A DNA stretch of 64,000 nt from an uncultured Acidobacteriota bacterium. GTDB lineage: Bacteria > Acidobacteriota > UBA6911 > RPQK01. Shown in pieces: positions 37,675-47,579 of the stretch (position 1 is its first letter; each line of letters begins with the position of its first letter). The DNA lies in NCBI GenBank assembly GCA_964421755.1, contig CAYQYP010000204.1:9746-73745 (forward strand), written 5' to 3'. Under the pieces are notes generated by a model. The model saw only the letters and a program-made list of their open reading frames with translations. It was not told the origin of the DNA and searched no databases. The position numbers and the translations under genes are program-made.

Positions 37675-38927
37675 AGCTCGATTGTCGGTTTTGCGGCGCC
37701 TCCCTACGACATGTTTTCCTTGATCTGGGAATGTCGCCGCTAGCGAATTCTTATGTCAAGGCTGAGGACCTGAACAAACCGGAGAAGTTCTACCCGCTCT
37801 GTGTCTATATCTGTGAGGCCTGTTTCCTCGTTCAGCTTCCTGAATGTGAAAGCCCCGACCAGATCTTCTCAGATTATGCCTATTTCTCGTCCTTTTCGGC
37901 TTCGTGGCTTCAGCACGCGCGCGACTATACGGGGATGGTAATTGACCGACTCAAGTTGGACAAATTCAGCCGGGTCGTCGAAATAGCCAGTAATGATGGC
38001 TACCTGCTCCAGTATTTCGTCGAAAAAGGAATCCCGTGTTACGGAGTCGAGCCCGCCAGGAATGTTGCCTCTGCTGCCATAGACCGAGGCGTTCCAACCG
38101 TTGTGGAGTTCTTCTCGACTCAGAAGGCCGAAGAGCTCAAGAGTCAGGGGAAAGAGGCGGATCTTGTGATCGGTAACAACGTGCTTGCGCATGTTCCGCG
38201 TCTGAATGACTTCGTTGAAGGATTGAAGGTTCTGCTGAAGCCCTCGGGGACGATTACGATGGAGTTTCCCCATCTGCTCCGCCTGATGGAGGAGAACCAG
38301 TTCGACACCATCTACCACGAGCACTACTCCTACTTCTCCCTTTTCACTGTTCGCCGAATCTTCGCCAGTCATGGTTTGACCCTCTATGACGTTGAGCGAC
38401 TCTCTACACATGGCGGGTCGTTGCGCATCTACGGTTGTCATACCGGGCAGGAACCAGCGAAAGTCAGCGCACAAGTTTCCGAGCTTCTCTCCCTGGAGGA
38501 AGAGGCCGGACTGACACAGTTAAATACGTACGTGCAATTTCGACAAAAGGTCCTGGATACGAAAATAGGACTGGTCGAGTTCCTCATTTCCGCGAAGCGG
38601 CGCGGTAAGAAAGTTGCAGCGTACGGCGCCCCGGCAAAAGGCAACACCTTGCTCAATGTGTGCGGCATCCGGTCGGATTTGATCGACTACACGGTCGACC
38701 TATCGCCTCACAAGCAGGGTTTGTATCTGCCTGGCACTCACATTCCCATCTATGCTCCGAACGAGGTAGGACGGACCAGGCCCGACTACCTCTTGATATT
38801 GCCCTGGAACCTCAGAAGGGAAATAACCGAGCAGATGAGCTTCATACGGGAGTGGGGAGGCCAGTTCGTGGTACCGGTTCCCCAACTGGAAATCATTGCG
38901 GATGCTTCCGCGAGGGCAACCGGGTGA
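37671..38927 (+). CDS. SAM-dependent sugar C-methyltransferase family protein (Zn-ribbon plus Methyltransf_13/14 architecture, TylC3/EvaC-like).
   Basis: Start at ATG 37671 (ATGA overlap). N-terminal Zn ribbon CRFCGASL...CVYICEACFLVQ. SAM motif VVEIASNDGYLL. C-terminal domain typical of NDP-hexose C-methyltransferases. Confidence 0.7.
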   Translation: MKLDCRFCGASLRHVFLDLGMSPLANSYVKAEDLNKPEKFYPLCVYICEACFLVQLPECESPDQIFSDYAYFSSFSASWLQHARDYTGMVIDRLKLDKFSRVVEIASNDGYLLQYFVEKGIPCYGVEPARNVASAAIDRGVPTVVEFFSTQKAEELKSQGKEADLVIGNNVLAHVPRLNDFVEGLKVLLKPSGTITMEFPHLLRLMEENQFDTIYHEHYSYFSLFTVRRIFASHGLTLYDVERLSTHGGSLRIYGCHTGQEPAKVSAQVSELLSLEEEAGLTQLNTYVQFRQKVLDTKIGLVEFLISAKRRGKKVAAYGAPAKGNTLLNVCGIRSDLIDYTVDLSPHKQGLYLPGTHIPIYAPNEVGRTRPDYLLILPWNLRREITEQMSFIREWGGQFVVPVPQLEIIADASARATG

Positions 38928-39490
38928 AGTTCGAGGAAACCAGGCTCAAAGGCGCTTTTCTCATCCGTGCGACACCGTTCGAGGATGAACGGGGCTTCTT
39001 CGCCCGGACGTATTGTGAAAAGGAATTCGCGAGCCACGGGTTGAATCCCCGCGTGGTGCAGTGCAGTGTCTCCTACAGCAGAAAAAGAGGCACCCTGCGA
39101 GGTCTTCACTTTCAGAAGGCCCCGCACCGGGAGGCGAAGCTGATTCGCTGTGCTAGAGGAGCGATTTACGACGTCATCGTGGACCTGAGGCCGGAATCAT
39201 CCACGTTCTGCCAATGGCTTTCCGTGAATCTGTCCGCTGCCGAAGCGCACCCCCTGATGCTCTATGTCCCCGAGGGTTTCGCCCACGGTTTTCAGACCTT
39301 GGAGGACCACACCGAAGTTCACTACCAGATGTCCGAGTTCTATCAGGCGGAAAGCGCCAGCGGCGTTCGCTGGAACGATCCGGCCTTTAGCATCGACTGG
39401 CCGATCTCTGAAGTCACCATGTCAAACAGAGACGCCAATTACCCGGATTTCCGGGCTTTAATCGAGACAGGAGTCAATGGCGTCAGTTGA
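38923..39490 (+). CDS. dTDP-4-dehydrorhamnose 3,5-epimerase family (RmlC-like cupin) NDP-sugar epimerase.
   Basis: GTG start overlapping the upstream stop (GTGA). FEDERGFFARTY...LRGLHFQ...EAKLIRCARGAIYDVIVDLR...YVPEGFAHGF are the RmlC catalytic blocks. Confidence 0.8.
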
Positions 39491-40790
39491 AGTAGCGACC
39501 GAGTTGGATCGGGCAAATACGACCGGGGAGGAGATGATGAGCTTCATCTCCGGTCTATATCCCATTTGCCGCAGTATCACCGGCGAAGGCGTCCGGGAAA
39601 CGCTTCGGCGTATTGCAGCCCATATCCCCTTGACGGTTACCGAGGTCCCGAGCGGCACCGAAGTTTTTGACTGGGTTGTCCCTCAAGAATGGAACATCAA
39701 CGACGCTTACATAAAGGACAGTTCGGGACGGAGAGTCGTGGACTTCAAAGCGTCAAACCTCCATGTCGTAGGTTATAGCATTCCGGTCCGAACACGGGTG
39801 ACCCTTGAGAAGCTCAGGTCGCATCTTTTCAGCCTCCCGGAACATCCAGACTGGGTTCCCTACCGTACCTCCTACTACAATCAGACGTGGGGCTTCTGCC
39901 TGAGCGACCGAACGCTCGGTCAGTTGAAGGAGGAGGAGTACGAAGTCTGCATCGACTCCTCGCTGAAGGACGGATCACTGACCTACGCGGAATTCCTGAT
40001 CCCTGGACAGGCGCCCGAGGAAGTGCTCATCTCCTGTCACACCTGTCACCCCTCCCTCTGCAATGACAATCTGTCGGGCATCGCCGTCGCGACTTTTCTT
40101 GCCAAGGCGCTGAACAGCATGTCCGGATTGCGATTCTCTTACCGGTTCCTGTTCATACCCGGGACGATTGGGTCCATAACCTGGCTGGCTCGAAATCTAG
40201 AAAACCTTGGCAAGATCAAGCATGGCTTGGTTCTTGCGAACATGGGGGACCCGGGTGGCTTCGTCTACAAAAAGAGCCGACGGGGGAACGCCGAGATCGA
40301 TCGGGCCATGGCTCACCTCTTGAGTGGCTGTGGTGAGGTCCGGGAATTCGAGCCTTACGGGTATGACGAAAGGCAGTTTTGCTCCCCGGGTATCAATTTG
40401 CCCGTCGGCTGTCTATCCAGGACGCCTTTCGGCGAATTCGAGGAGTACCACACGTCTGCCGATAACTTGGATTTCGTCAGACCGGAGGCCCTCGACTCTT
40501 CGCTGCTGCTCTGTCTTTCTCTGGTGGAAGTACTCGAGGGCAACACACGCTTTGTCAACCTGAACCCCATGTGTGAGCCGCAGCTTGGTCGACGGGGGCT
40601 TTACCGGACGACCGGCGGGCAGAGGAGCCGAGAGGACGATCTGGCCCTGCTCTGGGTCCTGAACCTTTCCGATGGCCTGCACGACCTACTCGATGTCGCC
40701 GTGCGCTCCGGGTTGCCTTTCGAGTTGATCCGGCGCGCTGCCGATCGCCTGACAGGCTGCGGTCTGCTGTCGCCTGCTCTCCAGTCATAG
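39477..40790 (+). CDS. DUF4910/DUF2172 aminopeptidase-like (M28-fold) protein, common in NDP-aminosugar operons.
   Basis: N-terminus MMSFISGLYPICRSITGEGVRETLRRIAAHIPLTVTEVPSGTEVFDWVVPQEWN. C-terminal winged-helix-like tail. Confidence 0.55.
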   Translation: MASVEVATELDRANTTGEEMMSFISGLYPICRSITGEGVRETLRRIAAHIPLTVTEVPSGTEVFDWVVPQEWNINDAYIKDSSGRRVVDFKASNLHVVGYSIPVRTRVTLEKLRSHLFSLPEHPDWVPYRTSYYNQTWGFCLSDRTLGQLKEEEYEVCIDSSLKDGSLTYAEFLIPGQAPEEVLISCHTCHPSLCNDNLSGIAVATFLAKALNSMSGLRFSYRFLFIPGTIGSITWLARNLENLGKIKHGLVLANMGDPGGFVYKKSRRGNAEIDRAMAHLLSGCGEVREFEPYGYDERQFCSPGINLPVGCLSRTPFGEFEEYHTSADNLDFVRPEALDSSLLLCLSLVEVLEGNTRFVNLNPMCEPQLGRRGLYRTTGGQRSREDDLALLWVLNLSDGLHDLLDVAVRSGLPFELIRRAADRLTGCGLLSPALQS

Positions 40791-40816
40791 AAGGGCTTTT
40801 CCCGACCTTACCGATA

Positions 40817-42034
40817 ATGAAAAAGAGCGAAACTGTGAGACTTCTCCTTCTGCCTCAGCGAGTCGCTGGGCGGATCCGCCGTCTCGCTTACAACCGTCTG
40901 TACCGACCCTCTGGAGTGGGCCGCCTTCCGGAGGTGTCCGCCGAGCCGGCAAGAGGTGACTACAGGATTACGGTAAGACCGGATGCCAGTGCCGAGCACG
41001 CGATTTATGTTGTCCGGAACGGCCGGCTGCTGACCGACTGCCTCAACAGCATTGCCGTTATCAATGAAAGAAACAAGCTGGTATCGGGCGCCTCCTGGCA
41101 GTGGGGGGGGCTGGAAAGCGGCATCCTGAAGGATGAAGAGAACGCCGTCTTCGCGGCCCAGTTCTCGGCCCGGCCGAAACCTTACACAGAGACTGTTTTT
41201 TCCCTTTGGACGGGAGGCGGGGGCGACGGCAACCTCTTCCACTGGCTGTTTGACGCCTTGCCGAGGCTACATCTCCTCCAGCTATCGGGACTCCGTGACC
41301 AACCCGACCTTTTCGCAGTCCCTTGGCTGAAGTTTCCTTTTCAGAGGCAATCGCTTTCTCTGCTTGGCTTGAGTGACGACCGGTTTATAGAAAGCCGGTC
41401 GGTCCCGCACGTCAAAGCAAAGAAGATTCTCGCCACCGACCACCCGAGGGGTAACACCTCTTTGGTTCCAGCCTGGATATGCAAGTTCTTACGGCAGACC
41501 TTTCTGGCCTTACTCCCTCCTCCGCCGGTAAAGACCCGGAGGATTTATCTCTCGCGTAACGATTCCCTAAGTTCCCGGCGAATAGTGAATGAGCCTGATC
41601 TGGTCCGACGCCTTTCACACGAGGGTTTCACAAGCGTGACGGCGACGGATTTTTCGTTCGCCGAACAGGCGAGTCTTTTTCACAACGCGGAGATCATCGT
41701 GTCACCTCACGGCGCTGGTCTCTCCAATCTGGTCTTCTGCAGGCCCGGAACGAGGGTGATAGAGATCTTCTCGTCAGCATGGTGGCTCCCGATGTTCGAA
41801 GCTATTTCCAGCCACTTGAATCTAGCGTACAGCAGGTTTGCAGGGTCACCGAGTACAGAGGGTTCCGAGGTTCCCCGGAAGGCGCTCAAGACCGACATCC
41901 GTGTGGATGTCGACAAGCTGTTCGCCACTGTCGAAGCCTTGGACAAGGGTTTTCCCGTCCATTCAGGTGCGAGCAATTCTGAAACGATAGACACGCCGGG
42001 AAACCTTGCCGGCCTTGAACAAAAAGGAAACTGA
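40817..42034 (+). CDS. DUF563/GT61-like glycosyltransferase.
   Basis: C-terminal half RIYLSRNDSLSSRRIVNEPDLVRRLSHEGFTSVTATDFSFAEQASLFHNAEIIVSPHGAGLSNLVFCRPGTRVIEIF is the GT61/DUF563 signature region. Confidence 0.6.
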   Translation: MKKSETVRLLLLPQRVAGRIRRLAYNRLYRPSGVGRLPEVSAEPARGDYRITVRPDASAEHAIYVVRNGRLLTDCLNSIAVINERNKLVSGASWQWGGLESGILKDEENAVFAAQFSARPKPYTETVFSLWTGGGGDGNLFHWLFDALPRLHLLQLSGLRDQPDLFAVPWLKFPFQRQSLSLLGLSDDRFIESRSVPHVKAKKILATDHPRGNTSLVPAWICKFLRQTFLALLPPPPVKTRRIYLSRNDSLSSRRIVNEPDLVRRLSHEGFTSVTATDFSFAEQASLFHNAEIIVSPHGAGLSNLVFCRPGTRVIEIFSSAWWLPMFEAISSHLNLAYSRFAGSPSTEGSEVPRKALKTDIRVDVDKLFATVEALDKGFPVHSGASNSETIDTPGNLAGLEQKGN

Positions 42035-43345
42035 GTGAGACAAGCAACAATCCTCGGAGCGGGTATATCCGGACTGACCACTTCCTTTTTCATGGGGCAC
42101 GAGAATTGTTTGATTTACGAGTCGAAACCCTATTACGGCGGCCATATTTACAGCGAGATTCGAGACGGCTTCACCTGGGACGACGGCCCCCATGTCTCGT
42201 TCACCGAAAGCGAATTCGTACAGGAATTATTCGCCGAAAGTGTCGGTGGTGCATTCGAGGAATTCGAAACGATCGTTGGGAACTACCACCAGGGGCACTG
42301 GCTCGATCATCCGGCTCAATCCAACCTGTACCAGGTGCCCGAACCCCTACGAACGAAGTGTCTCGAGAGCTTCCTCGAAGCCAGGAAGAGCGAGCCTTTC
42401 ACGGACTTGCCGGGTGACTACCGCGAATGGCTGCACCGCGCGTTTGGCCCCGTCTTTGCCGACACCTTCCCCGCAGCGTACACGAGGAAATACTGGACGA
42501 CGGAACCGGAGAACCTGGGAGTGGACTGGATTGGGAAGAGGATCTTCTATCCCGAGGTGGAGGATGTGCGGGCCGGGTATTTCGGGCCGCTTCAACGGAA
42601 GACTTACTGGGTGAAGAAGTTCCGTTACCCCTCGAACGGTGGATTTCTAGCCTATGCGCACCGGTTTGCCAAGGGGGCTCAAATCAACTACTGCAAGACA
42701 GTCCAACGCATCCATTTCGGGCGCCGTGAACTTCGCTTCCACGACGGGTCGGAAGCCAGCTACGAAGCATTGATATCGACGCTGCCGCTTCCCGTCCTGA
42801 TCAAAGCCGCCGAGGACGTCCCGGACGACGTCAGGGATGCGGCTGCGGCTCTCCGATGCACGAACTTCCTCCAGGTTGAGGTTGCCGTAAGACACCCCTG
42901 TCCGCGGCCGGAACAGTGGATTTATGTTTACGACGAGGACAAGCTGAGTACCCGGATCAGCGTGACGGAGCATTTCTCCCCCAACAACGCGCCGAAAGGT
43001 ATGTCCGGGTTGGCCGTGGAGGTGTACGGCTCGGATTACCGCCCGCTTCCCGCGCAGCCCGGTTGGGGCTCGGTCGGGGAAAGAGTGAAGACCGAGTTGA
43101 TCCAGATGGGACTGATCGAGAACGCCGCCGCGATAGCTTCCAGTCACGTGCGCTATTCGCCCTGGGGAAACGTGATTTTCGATCATCAGCGACGTGGGGC
43201 GCTGAAGACAATCAATGACTTTCTGGACGGGGTGGGGGTCACGAGAATCGGTCGGTTCGCCGAATGGAAGTACCTCATGACCCACGACTGCGCCTTGCAC
43301 AGCAGACGGGTCGCTGAAGGACTGAAAACGATGGTCAACGCCTAG
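42035..43345 (+). CDS. FAD/NAD(P)-binding oxidoreductase of the amine-oxidase / UDP-galactopyranose-mutase-like superfamily.
   Basis: GTG start directly after the upstream stop. Dinucleotide-binding ATILGAGISGLTTSF...YESKPYYGGHIYS. Confidence 0.6.
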   Translation: MRQATILGAGISGLTTSFFMGHENCLIYESKPYYGGHIYSEIRDGFTWDDGPHVSFTESEFVQELFAESVGGAFEEFETIVGNYHQGHWLDHPAQSNLYQVPEPLRTKCLESFLEARKSEPFTDLPGDYREWLHRAFGPVFADTFPAAYTRKYWTTEPENLGVDWIGKRIFYPEVEDVRAGYFGPLQRKTYWVKKFRYPSNGGFLAYAHRFAKGAQINYCKTVQRIHFGRRELRFHDGSEASYEALISTLPLPVLIKAAEDVPDDVRDAAAALRCTNFLQVEVAVRHPCPRPEQWIYVYDEDKLSTRISVTEHFSPNNAPKGMSGLAVEVYGSDYRPLPAQPGWGSVGERVKTELIQMGLIENAAAIASSHVRYSPWGNVIFDHQRRGALKTINDFLDGVGVTRIGRFAEWKYLMTHDCALHSRRVAEGLKTMVNA

Positions 43346-43363
43346 TCGCACAAAGGGAGTACC

Positions 43364-44650
43364 ATGCAGCCTCTCATAAGTGTCGTGATTCCGACTTTTA
43401 ATCGAAGCGAGCTCCTGAAGCTGGCGATTCAGTCCGTTCTCAGGCAGACCTTTGATGACTTTGAAATTGTCATATCGGACAATTGCTCGACAGACAACAC
43501 CCCGGACATGGTCAAGGCTTTCTCTGATCCCCGTGTCTCGTACTTCAGAACGCCGTCCCACTGCGTTATAGCGGACAACTGGGAATTTGCCAGAAAAAAG
43601 GCTTCCGGCAAGCTGATTATGATGCTGGGCGACGACGATGCTCTGGTGGCGTCCGCACTCGGCCTTTTTGCCGATGCTGTTTCCGAACACAGCTCGGATT
43701 TCCTTTTCTGCAGGCTTTGCGAGTATCGCGACAGCAGTTTCCCGGGTGTTGGCCGCAACACCGTCTCCTGTCCAGGTTTCTCCGGAATGACTCGCGTGGT
43801 TTCAGCGCGCGAGTTCATCCAACCGCTGTTCGACCTCGCTCCGAAACTGCCGACCCATCCGAGCGCCTTCCTGTTCTCTAAGGAACTGGCAGAGCAAGTT
43901 GCGGCTCAGTGCGGGCGCTTCTTTCAGACCAATGGGGTGGAGTTTTTTGCCTGGCCGATATCCGCCGCGTTCGCTAAGAATATCGTCTTTATCGAATCCC
44001 CCGTGGTAATCCTCGGGAGAACCGGGAAGTCCTGGGGCGCCAACCTCGTGCTCGCCAACCCGGGACAAGAGAGAATCCTGCAATTGACGTCGGATGCGTC
44101 TCAAAAACGGGTCTCTGTGCCTTTGACCAATTTCCTCATGTGCAACCTTCTCGCAGAAGGGGTGCTGACCGCTCAAAAGTTACTCCCTGAGCGGCTTTCT
44201 CCCTATGTTTTCGACGAGGAGAACTACCTTCGAACGACAATGAGAGAGCTTCAGAAGAGGGCTCGCCTTGCTGTCGACGTCGAAAGGGACCTGACCGAAC
44301 TGAGAAGTTACGCTTCCAGGTTCCCGCAGTTACAGGCGGAGTTTCAGGTCAGCCTTCACCGCCCCAAGAGCAGGGGCCGGGTCCGCCGGGCGGCCGAGAG
44401 GCTTGGGCTCAGACCCAGGCAAACGGTGGACAGGATCATGCAGAACAATCGAGTCAGACGAGGGAACGTAAGCGCAGGCTTCAAAGTGAGCGGGGAAGAC
44501 TTCGGTTTCCACGACATCCTCGGCTGTGCCGGCTTCCTTGAACGGGTACTGCCGCGACCTGGAGCGCCTGTCCAAACAGGAGCCCAGCTCTCAACTGCGG
44601 AAGGCGCCACACGTCATTCTGAAGGCGCCAGGGGTGAGTATGCCGGGTGA
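43364..44650 (+). CDS. Family 2 glycosyltransferase.
   Basis: ISVVIPTFNRSELLKLAIQSVLRQTFDDFEIVISDNCSTDNT and a DDD motif (LGDDDAL). Confidence 0.8.
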   Translation: MQPLISVVIPTFNRSELLKLAIQSVLRQTFDDFEIVISDNCSTDNTPDMVKAFSDPRVSYFRTPSHCVIADNWEFARKKASGKLIMMLGDDDALVASALGLFADAVSEHSSDFLFCRLCEYRDSSFPGVGRNTVSCPGFSGMTRVVSAREFIQPLFDLAPKLPTHPSAFLFSKELAEQVAAQCGRFFQTNGVEFFAWPISAAFAKNIVFIESPVVILGRTGKSWGANLVLANPGQERILQLTSDASQKRVSVPLTNFLMCNLLAEGVLTAQKLLPERLSPYVFDEENYLRTTMRELQKRARLAVDVERDLTELRSYASRFPQLQAEFQVSLHRPKSRGRVRRAAERLGLRPRQTVDRIMQNNRVRRGNVSAGFKVSGEDFGFHDILGCAGFLERVLPRPGAPVQTGAQLSTAEGATRHSEGARGEYAG

Positions 44651-45437
44651 GCTCATCCCGTTGGGGACCAACGGGTACATCCCCTCGTTTGGGCGGCACA
44701 CCATGAGTTTCCTGCTTCTTACAGGAGAGACCGCTCTCCTGCTCGATGCCGGGTCCGGTATCGCGCGGCTGCTGGAGCCGGGCCTGCAAGAGGTTTTACT
44801 TCCTTACAGCCGGCTCAACATTGTCCTGACGCATTACCATCTGGACCACGTCATAGGCCTCTCTTACCTCCCCGGCGTCTGGACGAAGCCTGTGCGGATT
44901 TTCGCTCCGCAGAGGCCCTATGTCGACACTGAAGCCGGTGAAGCAATCGGTCGACTGTTGCAGCCGCCGCTGTTTTCTCTGGCGCTTGATCGTTTTCCGA
45001 TGGAAGTGGAGTTGTTCGGCTACGGTAAGGACAGGCTGGAGGTCGGGGAACTGTCCCTGCGATGCAGACGACAGGAGCACCCCGGTGGCTCGGTCGGGAT
45101 GAGAGTCAACGACGATCTCGCTTACATCACGGATACGGTTGTCGACGATCAGTCCGAGCGGTTCATCCGGGGGGTCGAGCTCCTGCTGCACGAGGTCTGG
45201 CTGACCGACGCCGAAGCGAGCGCGAACCCAGGAGGTCTGGCCGGGCATTCCTGTGAGAGCGACGTCCTCAGGCTGGCTGCGGATTCAGGTGTTCGCTACC
45301 TGCTGCCGGTCCATCACCACCCCAAACGCACGAACGAAGAGCTGAACCTATTCCTCGGCTCGCTGCGACGGGGAAAGGCAGAAATTATCTTGCCGCACGA
45401 AGGAATCAGGGTGGCGACCAGACAGGGTTCGCTATGA
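44640..45437 (+). CDS. MBL-fold metallo-hydrolase (RNase Z / beta-lactamase superfamily).
   Basis: TALLLDAGSG...VLTHYHLDHVIGL is the HxHxDH zinc motif. The start ATG at 44640 overlaps the upstream gene. Confidence 0.7.
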   Translation: MPGELIPLGTNGYIPSFGRHTMSFLLLTGETALLLDAGSGIARLLEPGLQEVLLPYSRLNIVLTHYHLDHVIGLSYLPGVWTKPVRIFAPQRPYVDTEAGEAIGRLLQPPLFSLALDRFPMEVELFGYGKDRLEVGELSLRCRRQEHPGGSVGMRVNDDLAYITDTVVDDQSERFIRGVELLLHEVWLTDAEASANPGGLAGHSCESDVLRLAADSGVRYLLPVHHHPKRTNEELNLFLGSLRRGKAEIILPHEGIRVATRQGSL

Positions 45438-46534
45438 CAATGACGGGCTTAATCAGACTGCATTCGAAGGCGGACTTGTTCCTTATCCGCCTGATAATTG
45501 CCCTCACCGATACTCCGAGGGTGAACAGAGGTAAAGAAACTGTCAGTCGGTTATGGCGGCTCGCTCGGAAGATCGTTCCCGGAAAAAGAGTGAGCCATGC
45601 GAGCCCGCGTAACAAAAACCCCGCAGTCAAGGTTGAGGTGGTCGGCGACAGGGGTGGGCAGCCCTCGGCGGTTGAGACAGCGTCAGTTCGACCGGCCGCC
45701 CAGTCAAACGGATCCGATGTTCCGATCATACTCATTCATGCGGGCGACCCGGATTACCTTCAGTACAGCCTGTCGTGCGCCCGTAAATACAATCGTGAGT
45801 CGCGGATATGTCTTTTGGGAGACCACTCCAATTCGCATTATGAATTCCTCGAACACTATCCTTTTTCTGCCTATTCCGGCCGGGCGGATCAGTTCGCAAG
45901 GTTCTATACCAACCACAGCACCAACGGGCGAGGCTTCGAATTGTTCTGCTTTCAGAGGTGGTTCATCCTGTGCGAGTTTCTCAAAGAACAAGGGATCGAC
46001 AAATGCCTGTACCTTGACTCCGATGTGATGCTTTTCGCCGACGCCAAAGATGAGCAGAAAAAATTCGACGAGTTTGATTTTGCCTTGGCGACAACGATGA
46101 TGGCTTGTGTGTTGTATCTCAATGACCCGCAGGTCCTGGAAAACTTCTGTGCCTTTTTAGAAGACATCTACACAAAGAAGGACCGTTACCACTACGACAA
46201 GATGCTTGCGCACTACGCCGTGCGCCGCAAGAACGGGCTGAAGGGTGGCGCCTGCGACATGACAGCTTTTGAGCTTTTCAACCTGGACTACTTTGCCTTC
46301 GTCGGCAATGTGGTCCAGATCATTGACGGTTCCGTCTATGACCCGGCGATGACGACGCCATATCCCGGCTTTGAAACCGAACAGCAGATCAAGAGAGTCT
46401 ACTGGAGAGAAGGCCAACCTTTCGGCAAACACCTGAAGACGGACCGGTATATACGGTTCAATTCGATGCATTTCCAGGGAAGGTCCAAGTCTTTGATGAA
46501 GCAAGTCTATGACCGGATCTCCCAGACTCCTTAG
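45434..46534 (+). CDS. Hypothetical protein, possibly a GT-A-fold glycosyltransferase (DXD motif).
   Basis: ATGA overlap with the MBL gene. N-terminal ~100 aa are low complexity. The conserved core has LYLDSDVMLF (DxD). Confidence 0.4.
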   Translation: MTMTGLIRLHSKADLFLIRLIIALTDTPRVNRGKETVSRLWRLARKIVPGKRVSHASPRNKNPAVKVEVVGDRGGQPSAVETASVRPAAQSNGSDVPIILIHAGDPDYLQYSLSCARKYNRESRICLLGDHSNSHYEFLEHYPFSAYSGRADQFARFYTNHSTNGRGFELFCFQRWFILCEFLKEQGIDKCLYLDSDVMLFADAKDEQKKFDEFDFALATTMMACVLYLNDPQVLENFCAFLEDIYTKKDRYHYDKMLAHYAVRRKNGLKGGACDMTAFELFNLDYFAFVGNVVQIIDGSVYDPAMTTPYPGFETEQQIKRVYWREGQPFGKHLKTDRYIRFNSMHFQGRSKSLMKQVYDRISQTP

Positions 46535-46569
46535 TGATTCCAATTCACGCCTTTTCCCCATACTCACAT

Positions 46570-47559
46570 ATGAACACTCCCATCGCTTTTCTGATTTTCA
46601 ACCGGCCGGAAGTCACTCGGGTCGTGTTCGCCGCCATCGCGAGGGCGAAACCTGAGAAATTGCTGGTTGTGGCCGACGGACCGAGGACTGATCGACCGGG
46701 CGAGGCCGAGAAATGCACTCTGACGAGGGCAATCATAGACCAGGTCAACTGGGAATGTGACGTCCAGACCAACTACTCGCCCGTGAACCTGGGATGCGGT
46801 CGGAGAGTGTCGACCGGAATCAGTTGGGTCTTTGAACAAGTGCAGGAAGCGATCATTTTGGAGGACGACTGCGTCCCCCACCCCAGTTTCTTTCCTTTCT
46901 GTGAAGAACTGCTCGCCAGGTACCGAGACAACAAGCGGGTGACGATGATTAGCGGCGACTGTTTCCTCCCCAGCGATTACCGCACTGTCTATAGCTACTT
47001 CTTCAACAGAAACATGGGTATGTGGGGTTGGGCCACCTGGTGTCGTGCCTGGCAGCACCATGATGTCTTCTTGCGCAGATGGCCTGAGCTGCGAGAAACG
47101 GACTGGCTGCGGGACGTGCTCAAGGATCCTGTCGCCGCTCGTGCCTGGAAGCCGATTTTTGACAAAGCTCACGCAGGGCGGGTAGACACCTGGGATTTTC
47201 ACTGGACATTCTCCATGTGGTCGCATGATGGGCTCTGTGCGTCTCCCGGTGTGAATCTCGTTTCCAACATTGGCTTTGGCCCGGACGCGACGCACACCAA
47301 GATGGACAAGAGCTCACTGTCGGCTCTTCCTGTTGAAGAAATGGTATTTCCCTTAAGACATCCCCCCTCGGTCTCCCATGATCACGAGGCGGACAGGGCG
47401 GTATTCAGAAGGGCTTTCGGGCCGCAGATGCCTGCAACTCCGTCGCCTTTACTCCACAGAATTCAAAGAAGATTTTGGGCGGGACTACCCAGGCCAGTCA
47501 GGCAGCTCTTAGAGAGGGTAGGTATCGTCAACGGCGCGGGTGGCCTGCATTCCAGGTAA
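46570..47559 (+). CDS. GT-A-like nucleotide-diphospho-sugar transferase of the HlpA-like family.
   Basis: MNTPIAFLIFNRPEVTRVVFAAI...AIILEDDCVPHPSFF (EDD motif). Confidence 0.5.
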   Translation: MNTPIAFLIFNRPEVTRVVFAAIARAKPEKLLVVADGPRTDRPGEAEKCTLTRAIIDQVNWECDVQTNYSPVNLGCGRRVSTGISWVFEQVQEAIILEDDCVPHPSFFPFCEELLARYRDNKRVTMISGDCFLPSDYRTVYSYFFNRNMGMWGWATWCRAWQHHDVFLRRWPELRETDWLRDVLKDPVAARAWKPIFDKAHAGRVDTWDFHWTFSMWSHDGLCASPGVNLVSNIGFGPDATHTKMDKSSLSALPVEEMVFPLRHPPSVSHDHEADRAVFRRAFGPQMPATPSPLLHRIQRRFWAGLPRPVRQLLERVGIVNGAGGLHSR

Positions 47560-47579
47560 CCCTCAAGGATCTGACAGAC

